A DNA stretch of 62,223 nt, the filler included, from an uncultured bacterium (GTDB taxonomy: Bacteria; CAZSTA01), in assembly GCA_964609495.1 (NCBI GenBank). It is 4 parts of 4 records of this genome, joined end to end, with 100 filler letters (N's around TTAATTAATTAA, not from the genome) between each part and the next. Parts side by side here need not be neighbours in the genome. Positions count along the whole stretch, not along the records: positions 31,761 to 47,079 come from CAZSTA010000076.1; positions 47,180 to 62,223 come from CAZSTA010000079.1; 2 more parts are not named here. One strand, given 5' to 3'. Position numbers and translations under genes: made by a program. This document shows, one piece after another, positions 39,021 through 48,430 of this stretch (the stretch's first letter is position 1; each line of letters begins with the position of its first letter). The notes under the pieces were generated by a model. The model did no database searches and was not told the origin of the DNA. It worked only from the letters and a program-made list of their open reading frames with translations.

Positions 39021-40040
39021 ATGGGACTAGTTAATATGAACGATGTTCTAATTCAGGCCGATAGGGAGAGATATGCTGTTGGCGCCTTTAATGTTATCAA
39101 TTTAGAATTTCTGGAGGCGATATTGGATGCGGCTATAGCTAAGAAATCTCCAGTGGTACTGAGCGTAGCCGAAGTTCACTTCAAATACGTCACTTTGGAT
39201 AATATAGCCCCTCTTATCTCGGAGCTAGCCCAGAGAGCTCCTGTTCCGGTAGTTATACACCTAGATCATGGGGAGAGCTTCGAGACCGTTATGAGAGCTA
39301 TTAGATGCGGATTCACTTCGGTTATGTTCGATGGCTCGACACTTCCTTTCGAGGAGAACATCGCTAAGACCAGGGAGGTAGTGAAAGCTGCTCACGCTTG
39401 CGGAGTGTCTGTCGAGGCGGAGCTAGGCCAAGTCATGGGTTCTGAAGGAGGGACGGGAGGTTATACCGGCGCGGTCGATGTCTCAGCTTTCACGAGACCC
39501 GAAGATGCCGCGGAGTTCGTAGCTAGGACCAAGGTCGATAACCTAGCGGTAGCTATAGGTTCGGCTCACGGTAGATATTCCCAACCGCCTAAGCTAGATT
39601 TCGATCGTCTGACGGCGATAAAGAGAGCCACTGGGATCCCTTTATCCTTGCATGGAGGAACAGGCATTGCCCCGCAGGATTTCAAAACAGCGATTCAACT
39701 CGGAATAACTAAAGTTAATATCTATACCGCTATGGCTCAAAGAGCTACCGAGATCGTGAGGGAGAGATTGGAGGCAGATCCTGAGACTGTGAACCTGCCC
39801 GGGGTCCTTAAATATGCCAAGGGAGGAGTTACCGAAGTAGTTATGGAGCATATGGATATCTTCGGCAGTAGTGGGATATGCGATGCTCATAATGCCCTCT
39901 GCGCTGTTTGTAACTCCTGTGATAATTGTAAGATACCTGCTGAGAAGACTGGTGCTCCCACCCTGCAAGGTATGGATCAAGAGGAGATGATTCGGCTTAT
40001 AACTCAGATAGTAACTGGAGTTTTAAGGGAAATCGGTTGA
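39021..40040 (+). CDS. Class II fructose/tagatose-bisphosphate aldolase with Cys-rich linker and C-terminal encapsulation peptide
   Basis: YAVGAFN, HLDHG, SVMFDGS, VEAELG, GSAHG, LHGGTG, KVNI; tail CDAHNALCAVCNSCDNC...QEEMIRLITQIVTGVLREIG. Confidence 0.9.
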   Translation: MGLVNMNDVLIQADRERYAVGAFNVINLEFLEAILDAAIAKKSPVVLSVAEVHFKYVTLDNIAPLISELAQRAPVPVVIHLDHGESFETVMRAIRCGFTSVMFDGSTLPFEENIAKTREVVKAAHACGVSVEAELGQVMGSEGGTGGYTGAVDVSAFTRPEDAAEFVARTKVDNLAVAIGSAHGRYSQPPKLDFDRLTAIKRATGIPLSLHGGTGIAPQDFKTAIQLGITKVNIYTAMAQRATEIVRERLEADPETVNLPGVLKYAKGGVTEVVMEHMDIFGSSGICDAHNALCAVCNSCDNCKIPAEKTGAPTLQGMDQEEMIRLITQIVTGVLREIG

Positions 40041-40084
40041 GAAAACTTTAAGAATTTGGTGAAATAAACTAGGAGGTGAATTTG

Positions 40085-40390
40085 ATGGCCGGAGAGGCAT
40101 TGGGAATGATCGAAACTAAGGGATTCGTGGGAATGGTCGAGGCTTCTGATGCTATGGTCAAAGCAGCAAAGGTGCGTCTGGTAAGATATGAGAAGACCGG
40201 GGGTGGATATGTAACTGCTATCGTTAGAGGAGATGTGGGAGCGGTTAAGGCGGCAGTTGAGGCTGGAGCTGCGGCTGCTAAAAGGGTCGGAGAGCTAGTA
40301 TCAGTTCACGTAATTCCCAGTCCTCACTCTGATGTGGATGAAATAATCTTAAGCCAAAGAAAGCCGATCAAGGTTGGAGGAGAGGATTAA
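40085..40390 (+). CDS. BMC-H shell hexamer (EutM/PduA-like)
   Basis: [31 protein letters not shown]. Confidence 0.96.
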   Translation: MAGEALGMIETKGFVGMVEASDAMVKAAKVRLVRYEKTGGGYVTAIVRGDVGAVKAAVEAGAAAAKRVGELVSVHVIPSPHSDVDEIILSQRKPIKVGGED

Positions 40391-40459
40391 CAGCTTAACT
40401 TCGGAGATTGGCCATCGCTTAGCTATGAGAGCGACAAGCCGATCACTAAGATCATATCG

Positions 40460-40509
40460 CAGGATTTAAGGATCGTTCTGTCGAATTACGGCTTATTCCT
40501 TAAATCCTG
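40460..40509. other. 13-bp perfect inverted repeat between BMC-H genes
   Basis: CAGGATTTAAGGA ... TCCTTAAATCCTG. Confidence 0.7.
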
Positions 40510-40533
40510 TCGAATCCTTAGAAGGAGGAGATT

Positions 40534-40836
40534 ATGGCAGATTACAGGGAAGCCTTAGGTATGATTGAAACTAGAGGCTTTATAGCTATGGTTGAAGCTT
40601 CTGACGCTATGGTTAAGGCAGCAAATGTTAAGTTAGTTCGATACGAGAAGATCGGTGGAGGGTATATAACTGCCATTGTCAGAGGAGATGTCGCCGCAGT
40701 CCGATCGGCTATTGATGCCGGTAGTGCGGCTGCCAGCAGAGTCGGAGAGGTGATATCTGTTCACGTAATTCCACGTCCTCATACCGATGTTGATAGTGTC
40801 CTTCCTGTCAGCTTGGAGGCTGCTGAAGAAGAATAA
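40534..40836 (+). CDS. BMC-H shell hexamer (EutM/PduA-like)
   Basis: [29 protein letters not shown]. Confidence 0.96.
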   Translation: MADYREALGMIETRGFIAMVEASDAMVKAANVKLVRYEKIGGGYITAIVRGDVAAVRSAIDAGSAAASRVGEVISVHVIPRPHTDVDSVLPVSLEAAEEE

Positions 40837-40869
40837 GCTTTTATCCCCTTTAGGGTAGGGTGAAACTTT

Positions 40870-41157
40870 ATGGATCTATGTAGGGTAGTAGGGACTATCG
40901 TCGCTACGAATAAGGATAAAGGGCTTGTCAGAAGGAAACTTCAAGTGGTGGAGACCGTTGATCTTGAAGGAAGAGGGAAGGGCTCCTTTAGCATCGCAGT
41001 AGACTCCGTAGGAGCAGGACAGGGCGAATACGTATTAGTGGCAAGTGGTAGCTCAGCCAGAGAGACTGAGCTGACTAGAGATAGACCTTGCGACTTGGTT
41101 ATTATGGCTATCGTCGAACTTCTGGAGGTTGAGGGCGAGATAGTTTACCAGAAGTAA
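40870..41157 (+). CDS. BMC-P pentamer (EutN/CcmL)
   Basis: RVVGTIVATNKD, AVDSVGAGQGE, SGSSAR. Confidence 0.95.
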   Translation: MDLCRVVGTIVATNKDKGLVRRKLQVVETVDLEGRGKGSFSIAVDSVGAGQGEYVLVASGSSARETELTRDRPCDLVIMAIVELLEVEGEIVYQK

Positions 41158-41244
41158 TTCTCGAGAAAATAGAAGGGGAGTGGTTACCCCATCCAATTAT
41201 CATTTTCTAATTACTAACTCCCAAATATCAAGAAGGAGGGATTT

Positions 41245-42681
41245 ATGGCTATCGATGAGAAAGTAATAAGTTCGATAGTGCAGAAGGTCGTCTCCCAGCT
41301 AGCTCAAGAGGGTAAGATATCCCCTCCAACTTCCCTTCGGAGAGCTTTTGAGGGAAGGAATGGACTCTTCTCTGACCTGGAGGTGGCAATAGGGGCGGCT
41401 GAGGAAGCGCAGAGAAGGCTCGTTGACAATACCTTGGAGAAGAGGAAGGAGATAATCGCCGCTATTCGCCAAGCGGCTTTAGATAACGCAGATCTTTTGG
41501 GTCAGATGGAATATAACGAGACTAAGATGGGGCGCCTAGAACACAAGACTATGAAGGTTATTCATCCGGCTCAAACGACTCCTGGGATGGAGATTTTAGA
41601 GCCAGTTGTATTTACTGGAGATAATGGGATAGCGATCGAGGATTGGGCCCCCTTTGGAGTGATAGGGGCTATTACTCCTTCTACTAATCCACCCTCTACG
41701 GTTATCAATAATGCGATCGGTATGATATCTGCGGGGGACTCTCTCGTCGTCAATCCTCATCCGGCGGCTAAGAGTGTAACTATGAAGACGATAGAGCTCC
41801 TAAATCAAGCTATCGTTAAGGTGGGAGGTCCTGATAACCTACTAACTTCGGTGACCAATCCTACGATAGATACCGCTCGAGCTTTGATGACTCATCCTAA
41901 GATCGCTATATTAGCGGTTACAGGAGGCCCAGCGGTGGTGAAGGTAGCGATGAGCTCCGGGAAAAAGGTTATTGCGGCTGGACCTGGCAATCCCCCGGTA
42001 GTTGTGGATGAGACCGCTGATATAAGGAAGGCGGCTAGGGATATTGTGGAGGGGGCTTCCTTCGATAATAATATTCAATGTCTATCGGAGAAGGAGATAT
42101 TTGTTGTGAATAGCGTTGCTGATGAACTCAAAGCCTATATGAAGCAGGAGGGAGCTTATGAGATAAGCGTTCAGCAACTCGATGGGGTGATGGGGACTCT
42201 CTTCAAAGAGCTTAATTATCACCGAGAGGAATCTATTCCCAGCCGAGATTTTGTGGGAAGAGATGCCAAGGTTATCCTCCAGCAGATCGGGATCACCGTG
42301 GGAGATGAAGTTAGGCTAGTTATAGTGGAGACTGATATTGAGCATCCTCTCGTCTGGGCTGAGCAGTTGATGCCTGTGGTTCCTATAGTAAGGGTGAGGG
42401 ATGTTGATGAGGGTATCAAATTTGCAGTGGAGGCGGAGAGAGGTTGCTATCACACTGCGATTATGCATTCTCAAAATATCAATAATATAAGTAAGATGGC
42501 TAAGCTCATAAACACCGCCAACTTCGTCACTAATGCTCCCTCCCTCGCGGCAAATGCGGTTGGTGGCGAGGGGTATGGCACTTGGACCTTAACGACTACC
42601 ACTGGAGATGGGGCTTCCACTGCTAGAAACTTCGCCAGGAAGAGGCGTCTAGTGGTAGCCAATAATTTACGATTTGTGTAG
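41245..42681 (+). CDS. CoA-acylating aldehyde dehydrogenase (EutE/PduP) with N-terminal encapsulation peptide
   Basis: IDEKVISSIVQKVVSQL; PFGVIGAITPSTNP, TGGPAVV, AGPGNPP, FDNNIQCLSEKE, EQLMP, HTAIMHS. Confidence 0.95.
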   Translation: MAIDEKVISSIVQKVVSQLAQEGKISPPTSLRRAFEGRNGLFSDLEVAIGAAEEAQRRLVDNTLEKRKEIIAAIRQAALDNADLLGQMEYNETKMGRLEHKTMKVIHPAQTTPGMEILEPVVFTGDNGIAIEDWAPFGVIGAITPSTNPPSTVINNAIGMISAGDSLVVNPHPAAKSVTMKTIELLNQAIVKVGGPDNLLTSVTNPTIDTARALMTHPKIAILAVTGGPAVVKVAMSSGKKVIAAGPGNPPVVVDETADIRKAARDIVEGASFDNNIQCLSEKEIFVVNSVADELKAYMKQEGAYEISVQQLDGVMGTLFKELNYHREESIPSRDFVGRDAKVILQQIGITVGDEVRLVIVETDIEHPLVWAEQLMPVVPIVRVRDVDEGIKFAVEAERGCYHTAIMHSQNINNISKMAKLINTANFVTNAPSLAANAVGGEGYGTWTLTTTTGDGASTARNFARKRRLVVANNLRFV

Positions 42682-42691
42682 AGGTGAGGAG

Positions 42692-43285
42692 ATGGAAGGA
42701 AAAGAGACCGCCATCCTCTTGCTCGAATTCCAGAACGAATTTTGTTCGCCCGATGGATTTTTCTATAACGCGGTTAAAGGCGAACTAGCCAGGCAGAATA
42801 CTATCGAAAACACGATCGATCTCGTCAACAGAGCCCGGGGGAAAGCCCTGATCATCCATGTGCCGATCAGCTTCAGTGGGAATTATAACGAGATCGATAG
42901 GCCAACTGGGATCCTCAAAGGGGTACTGGCAGCAAATGCATTCCGAAAAGGGTCCAGAGGAGCCCAGATAATAGGTGGACTTAGACCTCGGGTTGAGGAC
43001 ATAGTTATCGAGGGGAAGAGGGGATTGGGTGGCTTCAGTAGCACCAATTTGGATTGGGTTCTCCGCAACAAAGGCATCAAAAATGTGGCTATCTGTGGCT
43101 TCCTGACTAATGTCTGTGTTGAGTCCACAGCCCGAACGGCTTATGATAGAGGATATCAGGTAACTGTTATAAAGGATTGCACTGCCGCCACCTCGCCCGA
43201 GGAACAGAAGTTCGCTGAGGAGAAAATCTTTCCTCTTCTGGGGAACGTGATGACATACCGGGAATTTTTGAATCAGTTGGAGTAA
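42692..43285 (+). CDS. Cysteine hydrolase (isochorismatase/RutB-like family)
   Basis: LLEFQNEF, GKRG, GFLTNVCVESTARTAYDRGY, DCTAA. Confidence 0.9.
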   Translation: MEGKETAILLLEFQNEFCSPDGFFYNAVKGELARQNTIENTIDLVNRARGKALIIHVPISFSGNYNEIDRPTGILKGVLAANAFRKGSRGAQIIGGLRPRVEDIVIEGKRGLGGFSSTNLDWVLRNKGIKNVAICGFLTNVCVESTARTAYDRGYQVTVIKDCTAATSPEEQKFAEEKIFPLLGNVMTYREFLNQLE

Positions 43286-43318
43286 ATATCCTTTTCCCAT
43301 TACTCGAGGGGTATATAT

Positions 43319-43648
43319 ATGATTTTAGGTAGAGTTTGCGGAACTGTTGTAGCAACCTGTAAAGATCCTAAATTAACTGGGAGTAAACTCCTAGTTGTGA
43401 AGGAGATAGATATAGCGGGAAAGCCTACCGGGACTTTCTTTGTCGCTATGGATACCGTGGGGGCGGGATATGGGGAGACCGTGATTCTAGTGCGAGGAAG
43501 CTCGGCTCGAATGACCGAGTTTACGAATAAATCTCCTGTTGATACCGCCATCATTGCCATAATTGATATAGTTGAAGTTCATAAGCAAGTCGTATTCAAG
43601 AAGGAAGAGGAGATTTGGAGGGAATTTGCTGAGCCGAGTAAATCTTAA
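43319..43648 (+). CDS. BMC-P pentamer (EutN/CcmL) with short C-terminal extension
   Basis: GRVCGTVVATCKD, DTVGAGYGE, GSSAR, PVDTAIIAIID. Confidence 0.95.
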   Translation: MILGRVCGTVVATCKDPKLTGSKLLVVKEIDIAGKPTGTFFVAMDTVGAGYGETVILVRGSSARMTEFTNKSPVDTAIIAIIDIVEVHKQVVFKKEEEIWREFAEPSKS

Positions 43649-43657
43649 TGAGGTAAA

Positions 43658-44983
43658 ATGATGGAGGAAATAGTAGAGAAGGTAAGGGAAGCTGGTGTCG
43701 TGGGAGCGGGAGGCGCAGGCTTTCCTACTCATATTAAGCTTAAGTCTAAGGTAGAGTATGTGATCGCTAATGGCGCGGAATGTGAACCCTTGCTCAGAGT
43801 CGATCGACAACTGATGGAGACTCAAGCCGATCTTATCGTACGTGGCTTGGAGATAGCAATGAAGACCACCGGTGCTGATAAGGGGATCATAGCTCTGAAG
43901 GGGAAGTATAAGGAAGCGGTCGAAGCTCTGGAGAAGGCTAGCTCCTCTTTTGATGATATAGAGGTTAGATTATTGGGTAATTTCTATCCAGCAGGAGATG
44001 AGCATGTTCTAGTCTATGAGATGACCGGAAGGATAGTCCCTGAGGGAGGAATCCCTTTAGCTGTCGGGGTGGTGGTGAATAACATCTCAACCCTAATAAA
44101 CATCTCCCACGCAGTTGATAGAGATCAGCCAGTTATCCATCGTCATTTAACCATAACCGGAGAAGTTGCCCATCCTAAGACCTTATGTGTTCCTGTAGGG
44201 ACTATTATCGAGGATGTTATCGCTTCGGCTGGAGGAACCACGGTTGAGGACTTCGTAGTTATCGATGGTGGCCCAATGATGGGCAATATCGTCCCATCTA
44301 CTGATAGTGTAAAAAAGACGACTAGCGGTTTGATAATCCTTCCTAGAGAACATACCCTCATTCAACGGAAAACACAAGGAATAAGTTATAGCTTAAAAAG
44401 AGCTCAAGCGATCTGCTGTCAATGTGATGCTTGCACAGAGATGTGTCCTCGTTATCTATTAGGACATCATCTATATCCTAACAAAACTATGGTCTGGGTG
44501 AACTACGAGCTATCCGATCTTGGTGCTCCGATCACCTCCGCTTATCTATGTTGTGAGTGTGGGCTATGCGGATTATTCTCCTGTCCAATGGGGCTTACTC
44601 CGGTGAATATTTATAAAGATATAAAGGTTCTCCTGGAAAAGCAAGGGATTAGGAATCCTCACCAGGAGAAGGATTTAACTCCCAATCCCAAGCGTGAGTA
44701 TCAGCAAGTCCCTGTCCATAGACTGCTCGAACGTCTGCAACTTGGACCCTATGATGTGGAGGCTCCTCTGGAGGATAAGATATATGAGCCAAACTTAGTG
44801 CGAATAGATCTCTCCCAACATTTAGGAGCTCCAGCTATCCCGATAATAAAGGTTGGAGATAGGGTGAAGGCAAGAGATCTGATCGGGGAGATCCCTGAAG
44901 GTTCGCTATCGGCGAGAGTTCACGCCAGTATTTCAGGAGTAGTTAGAGATATAGATACTCGGGTAACGATCGAGGCGGATTAG
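43658..44983 (+). CDS. pduS: PduS-like flavin/Fe-S oxidoreductase (RnfC/SLBB family)
   Basis: AGVVGAGGAGFPTH, NGAECEPLL, YPAGDE, GGPMMG, CCQCDACTEMCP, CCECGLC, QHLGAPA, HASISG. Confidence 0.88.
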   Translation: MMEEIVEKVREAGVVGAGGAGFPTHIKLKSKVEYVIANGAECEPLLRVDRQLMETQADLIVRGLEIAMKTTGADKGIIALKGKYKEAVEALEKASSSFDDIEVRLLGNFYPAGDEHVLVYEMTGRIVPEGGIPLAVGVVVNNISTLINISHAVDRDQPVIHRHLTITGEVAHPKTLCVPVGTIIEDVIASAGGTTVEDFVVIDGGPMMGNIVPSTDSVKKTTSGLIILPREHTLIQRKTQGISYSLKRAQAICCQCDACTEMCPRYLLGHHLYPNKTMVWVNYELSDLGAPITSAYLCCECGLCGLFSCPMGLTPVNIYKDIKVLLEKQGIRNPHQEKDLTPNPKREYQQVPVHRLLERLQLGPYDVEAPLEDKIYEPNLVRIDLSQHLGAPAIPIIKVGDRVKARDLIGEIPEGSLSARVHASISGVVRDIDTRVTIEAD

Positions 44984-45077
44984 ATGAGAAGGAGAAATTG
45001 GGAGGAGGTGAGGCCGAGGGATATATTAATTGTGAGGTTTAGGGTAAAATATATCTTAAAAGGAGGTATAAGTAAAG

Positions 45078-46328
45078 ATGTTCAAAAGATCATTGATTTT
45101 AATGATAGTTTTTGCGATGATGCTTATTTGGGTTGGGGGAGCATTAGCGGCTGAGAATGTTAGAATATCTCGTCCTGCTAATCAGCCTCTAGATGAATGG
45201 AATAAAGGGGCTCTGGATAGATACATGAAGGAGAATCCGGATATCAAGGTCGTCTATGAAACCGCCCCCTACAATGAGTATCTAGCTAAGTTACAGACTA
45301 CCTATGCGGCCGGGGGAGGATCGGACATATTCTTCGTTACGGAGATAGTTCCCTATATCGAGAGCGGAATGTCGGCAGCAGCATCAGAATGGATGGCTGA
45401 GGATATCAGAGCTAATTATACTGATTTTGCTATCGAGGCTGTCTCTTGGGAGGGCAAGGTGTATGGGTATCCTAACGAAGGTGGCCCTCGAGTTATGTTC
45501 TACAACAAGGACCTCTTTGCCGAGGCGGGTATAACCGAACTGCCTGGAGATTGGGAGGAGCTAAGAGAAGTGGCTAAGAAGACCACGAAGTATAAGGGCG
45601 ATATGCTCACCCAGCAAGGTATAGTCACTAGCTGGGGACCTGATGGGATATGTGTCCTAGGTTCTTTCCTCTACTCCAATGGTGGAGAATGGATGAGTGA
45701 GGATCTAACCGAGCCTATGTTCGATCAGCCCGAATCTGTCGAGGCTCTAAAATACTGGACGGAGTTAGTAACCGTTGATAAGGTCTCCTCTCCAGCTTTT
45801 GTTGAGGATTCCTTTGCTCTTGGCAAATCCGCGATGATGGTCACCGGCCCTTGGAACATCCCTCATCTGACTGATGTTGCTCCCGATCTCGACTATGCCG
45901 CTTTCCTGATCCCACCCAAGAACAAGGGAGATAGATTCTACGTGGATGATGCCCCTTGGGTATGGATGGTGAACTCCAACAGCAAGAATCAAGAGGAATC
46001 TTGGAAAGTTCTTGCCTTCCTACATAATAACCAGAATTTAGTTGATTATGCCATAGATGCGGGTGGTATTCCCTTCAAGGAAGAGCCTATCGAGACCCTC
46101 AAGGGTAAGCTCGATACCGCCTTGCCTCCTAAGGAAGCTGAGGTTTGGAAGGTCTTCCTAGAATCCACTAAGTATTCGAAGCTAAGACCCTTCCGCCATT
46201 ATCTTGATATCTGCTTCAAGTTTGGAGCGGAGATGGAGCGAGCTCTGTTAGGAGAGATAACGCCAGAAGAAGCGGCTAAGAATGGGGCAGATAAGATTCG
46301 TCAGACTATCAAGGAGATGGGTAAGTAA
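45078..46328 (+). CDS. Sugar ABC solute-binding protein
   Basis: Signal peptide, ENPDIKV, GKVYGYP, FYNKDLF.EAG, AMMVTGPW. Confidence 0.9.
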   Translation: MFKRSLILMIVFAMMLIWVGGALAAENVRISRPANQPLDEWNKGALDRYMKENPDIKVVYETAPYNEYLAKLQTTYAAGGGSDIFFVTEIVPYIESGMSAAASEWMAEDIRANYTDFAIEAVSWEGKVYGYPNEGGPRVMFYNKDLFAEAGITELPGDWEELREVAKKTTKYKGDMLTQQGIVTSWGPDGICVLGSFLYSNGGEWMSEDLTEPMFDQPESVEALKYWTELVTVDKVSSPAFVEDSFALGKSAMMVTGPWNIPHLTDVAPDLDYAAFLIPPKNKGDRFYVDDAPWVWMVNSNSKNQEESWKVLAFLHNNQNLVDYAIDAGGIPFKEEPIETLKGKLDTALPPKEAEVWKVFLESTKYSKLRPFRHYLDICFKFGAEMERALLGEITPEEAAKNGADKIRQTIKEMGK

Positions 46329-46336
46329 TTGATTCG

Positions 46337-46373
46337 AGGTGACAACTATCTCGGGCTAAGATAGTTGTCACCT
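46337..46373. terminator. Perfect 15-bp stem-loop after SBP gene
   Basis: AGGTGACAACTATCT-cgggcta-AGATAGTTGTCACCT. Confidence 0.7.
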
Positions 46374-46396
46374 ATCCTCAGAGGAGTTGAGTAAAT

Positions 46397-47079
46397 TTGA
46401 CCTCAAGACGTTATCTCTTAAATAAGAAGAATGTTCCTTATGTTTTCATTGTCCCCTCGATCCTCTTCTTCTTAATCTTCGCAGGATTCCCGATTATCTA
46501 CGCCTTCTACCTCAGCTTTCACAACTGGAATGTTCTAAATCCAGAGAAACCATTTGTTGCACTTACTAACTATAAACTTATCTTTCAAGATGATATATTT
46601 GTTCAGACTATAATCAACACCGCCTATTATACAGTTGGAGTAGTAACCCTGGGAACGATATTTTCGATGATCTGCGCGATCTTCGTTAATGCGGTGATAA
46701 AACCCCTGAGGTTAGCGGTTAGAACGATCGCTTTTATTCCGGTGGTAACCTCAATGGTGGCGGCGGCTATAATCTGGAAATGGATATATCAGCCGATGTA
46801 TGGCTTAGCTAATTATTTATTAGAGGGGATCGGCTTAGGGCCATATATGTGGCTGAGAAGCACTACTCAAGCTATGCCCGCAGTGATCATAATGAGCGTT
46901 TGGAAGGGGTTAGGTTTCAGTATGGTTATCTTCCTAGCAGGACTTCAGAATATCCCGGAGATGTATTACGAAGCGGCTAGAATAGATGGAGCGAACCCTT
47001 TTCACCTCTTTAGACATATAACTCTGCCTCTGCTTAGACCTACGATTCTGTACGTAATGGTAACCGGGGAAATTGGCTC
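46397..47079 (+). CDS. Sugar ABC permease (3' truncated)
   Basis: LAGLQNIP..YYEAARIDGA, ITLPLLRP. Confidence 0.9.
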
Positions 47080-47179
47080 NNNNNNNNNNNNNNNNNNNNN
47101 NNNNNNNNNNNNNNNNNNNNNNNTTAATTAATTAANNNNNNNNNNNNNNNNNNNNNNNNNNNNNNNNNNNNNNNNNNNN
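47080..47179. other. Artificial contig linker
   Basis: N44-TTAATTAATTAA-N44. Confidence 0.97.
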
Positions 47180-47189
47180 AAATCTTCTG

Positions 47190-47508
47190 CCTTTTGGTCT
47201 TTGAACTTCTAATCGGAGTACCATATTCTTAGTTTCTCGCTAAGGGGGTTCAAGGTATAATTCTCCCTCACCCTATCCCTCTCCCACGAGGGGAGAGGTA
47301 AAACTGAGATTGAACTAAAGCCTTTTAGTCCCCTCCCTTGATGGAAGGGGGTTAGGAGGAGGGTGATAATTAACAAGATTCTTTGATAGCCTTATTAATT
47401 CAGCAAGAACCAAGATGGGAGGGGTTAGGGGGGTGATCTAAGGAGAGTTCGAGATCTAACAGGAGAAAAATCTTCAATAGCCCGATTAATTTAGCAAAGA
47501 CCAATAGG
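47190..47508. mobile_element. Family D MITE-like element with duplicated right end
   Basis: Imperfect TIR: left CCTTTTGGTCTTTG..TAATCGG, right (reverse complement) CCTATTGGTCTTTG..TAATCGG; same hairpin core as family A. Confidence 0.75.
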
Positions 47509-47519
47509 TAAAAGGTAGT

Positions 47520-48407
47520 TCACATGATCTTCCTCATTACAATTCTGATATCCCGAAAGCCGAGATTTTGCCAGAAACTCCTTCCCGACTCGTTTCTCTC
47601 AGCCACACTTAATTCTACATCCAAAGCCCCTTGATCTCGAAGCCAAACTATCGCACCTTCCACTAATTTTCTTCCAATCCCTTTCCCCCTAACCTCCGGC
47701 AGAACAAAGACATTAGCTATGTAACCTTGCACCCGTTGTTTGAAGATAGGAGGTCTCTCTTTAAGATGAGCGTCAATAAATCCGACGGCCTTATCATCGA
47801 AACTGGCGATAAGTATTATCCCATCTCCCGCTCTTATCCTAGTTGAGTAGTAGTATCGCATTTTCTCTTCAAAATCGGGGAGGAGTTCGAAGTAAGGATC
47901 TAACTCCTCATGATATAGGGCTAAGTATCTGAATAATTCCACTAATTTATCTGTATCTTCTTCTTCAGCCGTTTGGATGACTAATTCGGAGCTTGCTAAT
48001 AAACGCTCTTTTAGAGCCTCAAACAATTCACAAGGAGAGGTGAATCGTTGAGAAAGTTTCTCCATAGGACATATCTGGGTTTTATCTTCATTAAGGATAG
48101 CTGGAACGCTCTTTTCAAATTGACAATTTATTCCAGCCTCTTCGAGAATCGGGGAGGCTGAATTACTAAGGAGAGGTGTATATACTTCCCTTATTCCACC
48201 ATATACTATTAACATAGCCGCGGCCCTTCCGATAATCTTGTCAGCCAAAGAACCACCCTCTATCTTCTCTTTCTTATCCTCTATCACTCTCAACAGAGGA
48301 TGGAGCCCTTTCTCTTTACTCTGAAAGAGGAGCTTGCCATTCCTAATGATTATCAGAGATAGTTCTCTCTCAATCAGTAACTTCTTAGCTAAGGAGATAT
48401 CATCCAT
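47520..48407 (-). CDS. DUF1893 (TM1506-like) domain fused to GNAT acetyltransferase
   Basis: GLHPLL, ADKIIGRAAA, ILNEDKTQICPMEK; FVLPEVRGKGIGRKL, N..GRSFW..LGF. Confidence 0.8.
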   Translation of the reverse strand: MDDISLAKKLLIERELSLIIIRNGKLLFQSKEKGLHPLLRVIEDKKEKIEGGSLADKIIGRAAAMLIVYGGIREVYTPLLSNSASPILEEAGINCQFEKSVPAILNEDKTQICPMEKLSQRFTSPCELFEALKERLLASSELVIQTAEEEDTDKLVELFRYLALYHEELDPYFELLPDFEEKMRYYYSTRIRAGDGIILIASFDDKAVGFIDAHLKERPPIFKQRVQGYIANVFVLPEVRGKGIGRKLVEGAIVWLRDQGALDVELSVAERNESGRSFWQNLGFRDIRIVMRKIM

Positions 48408-48430
48408 AGAATCACCTCATCTGGATAAGA

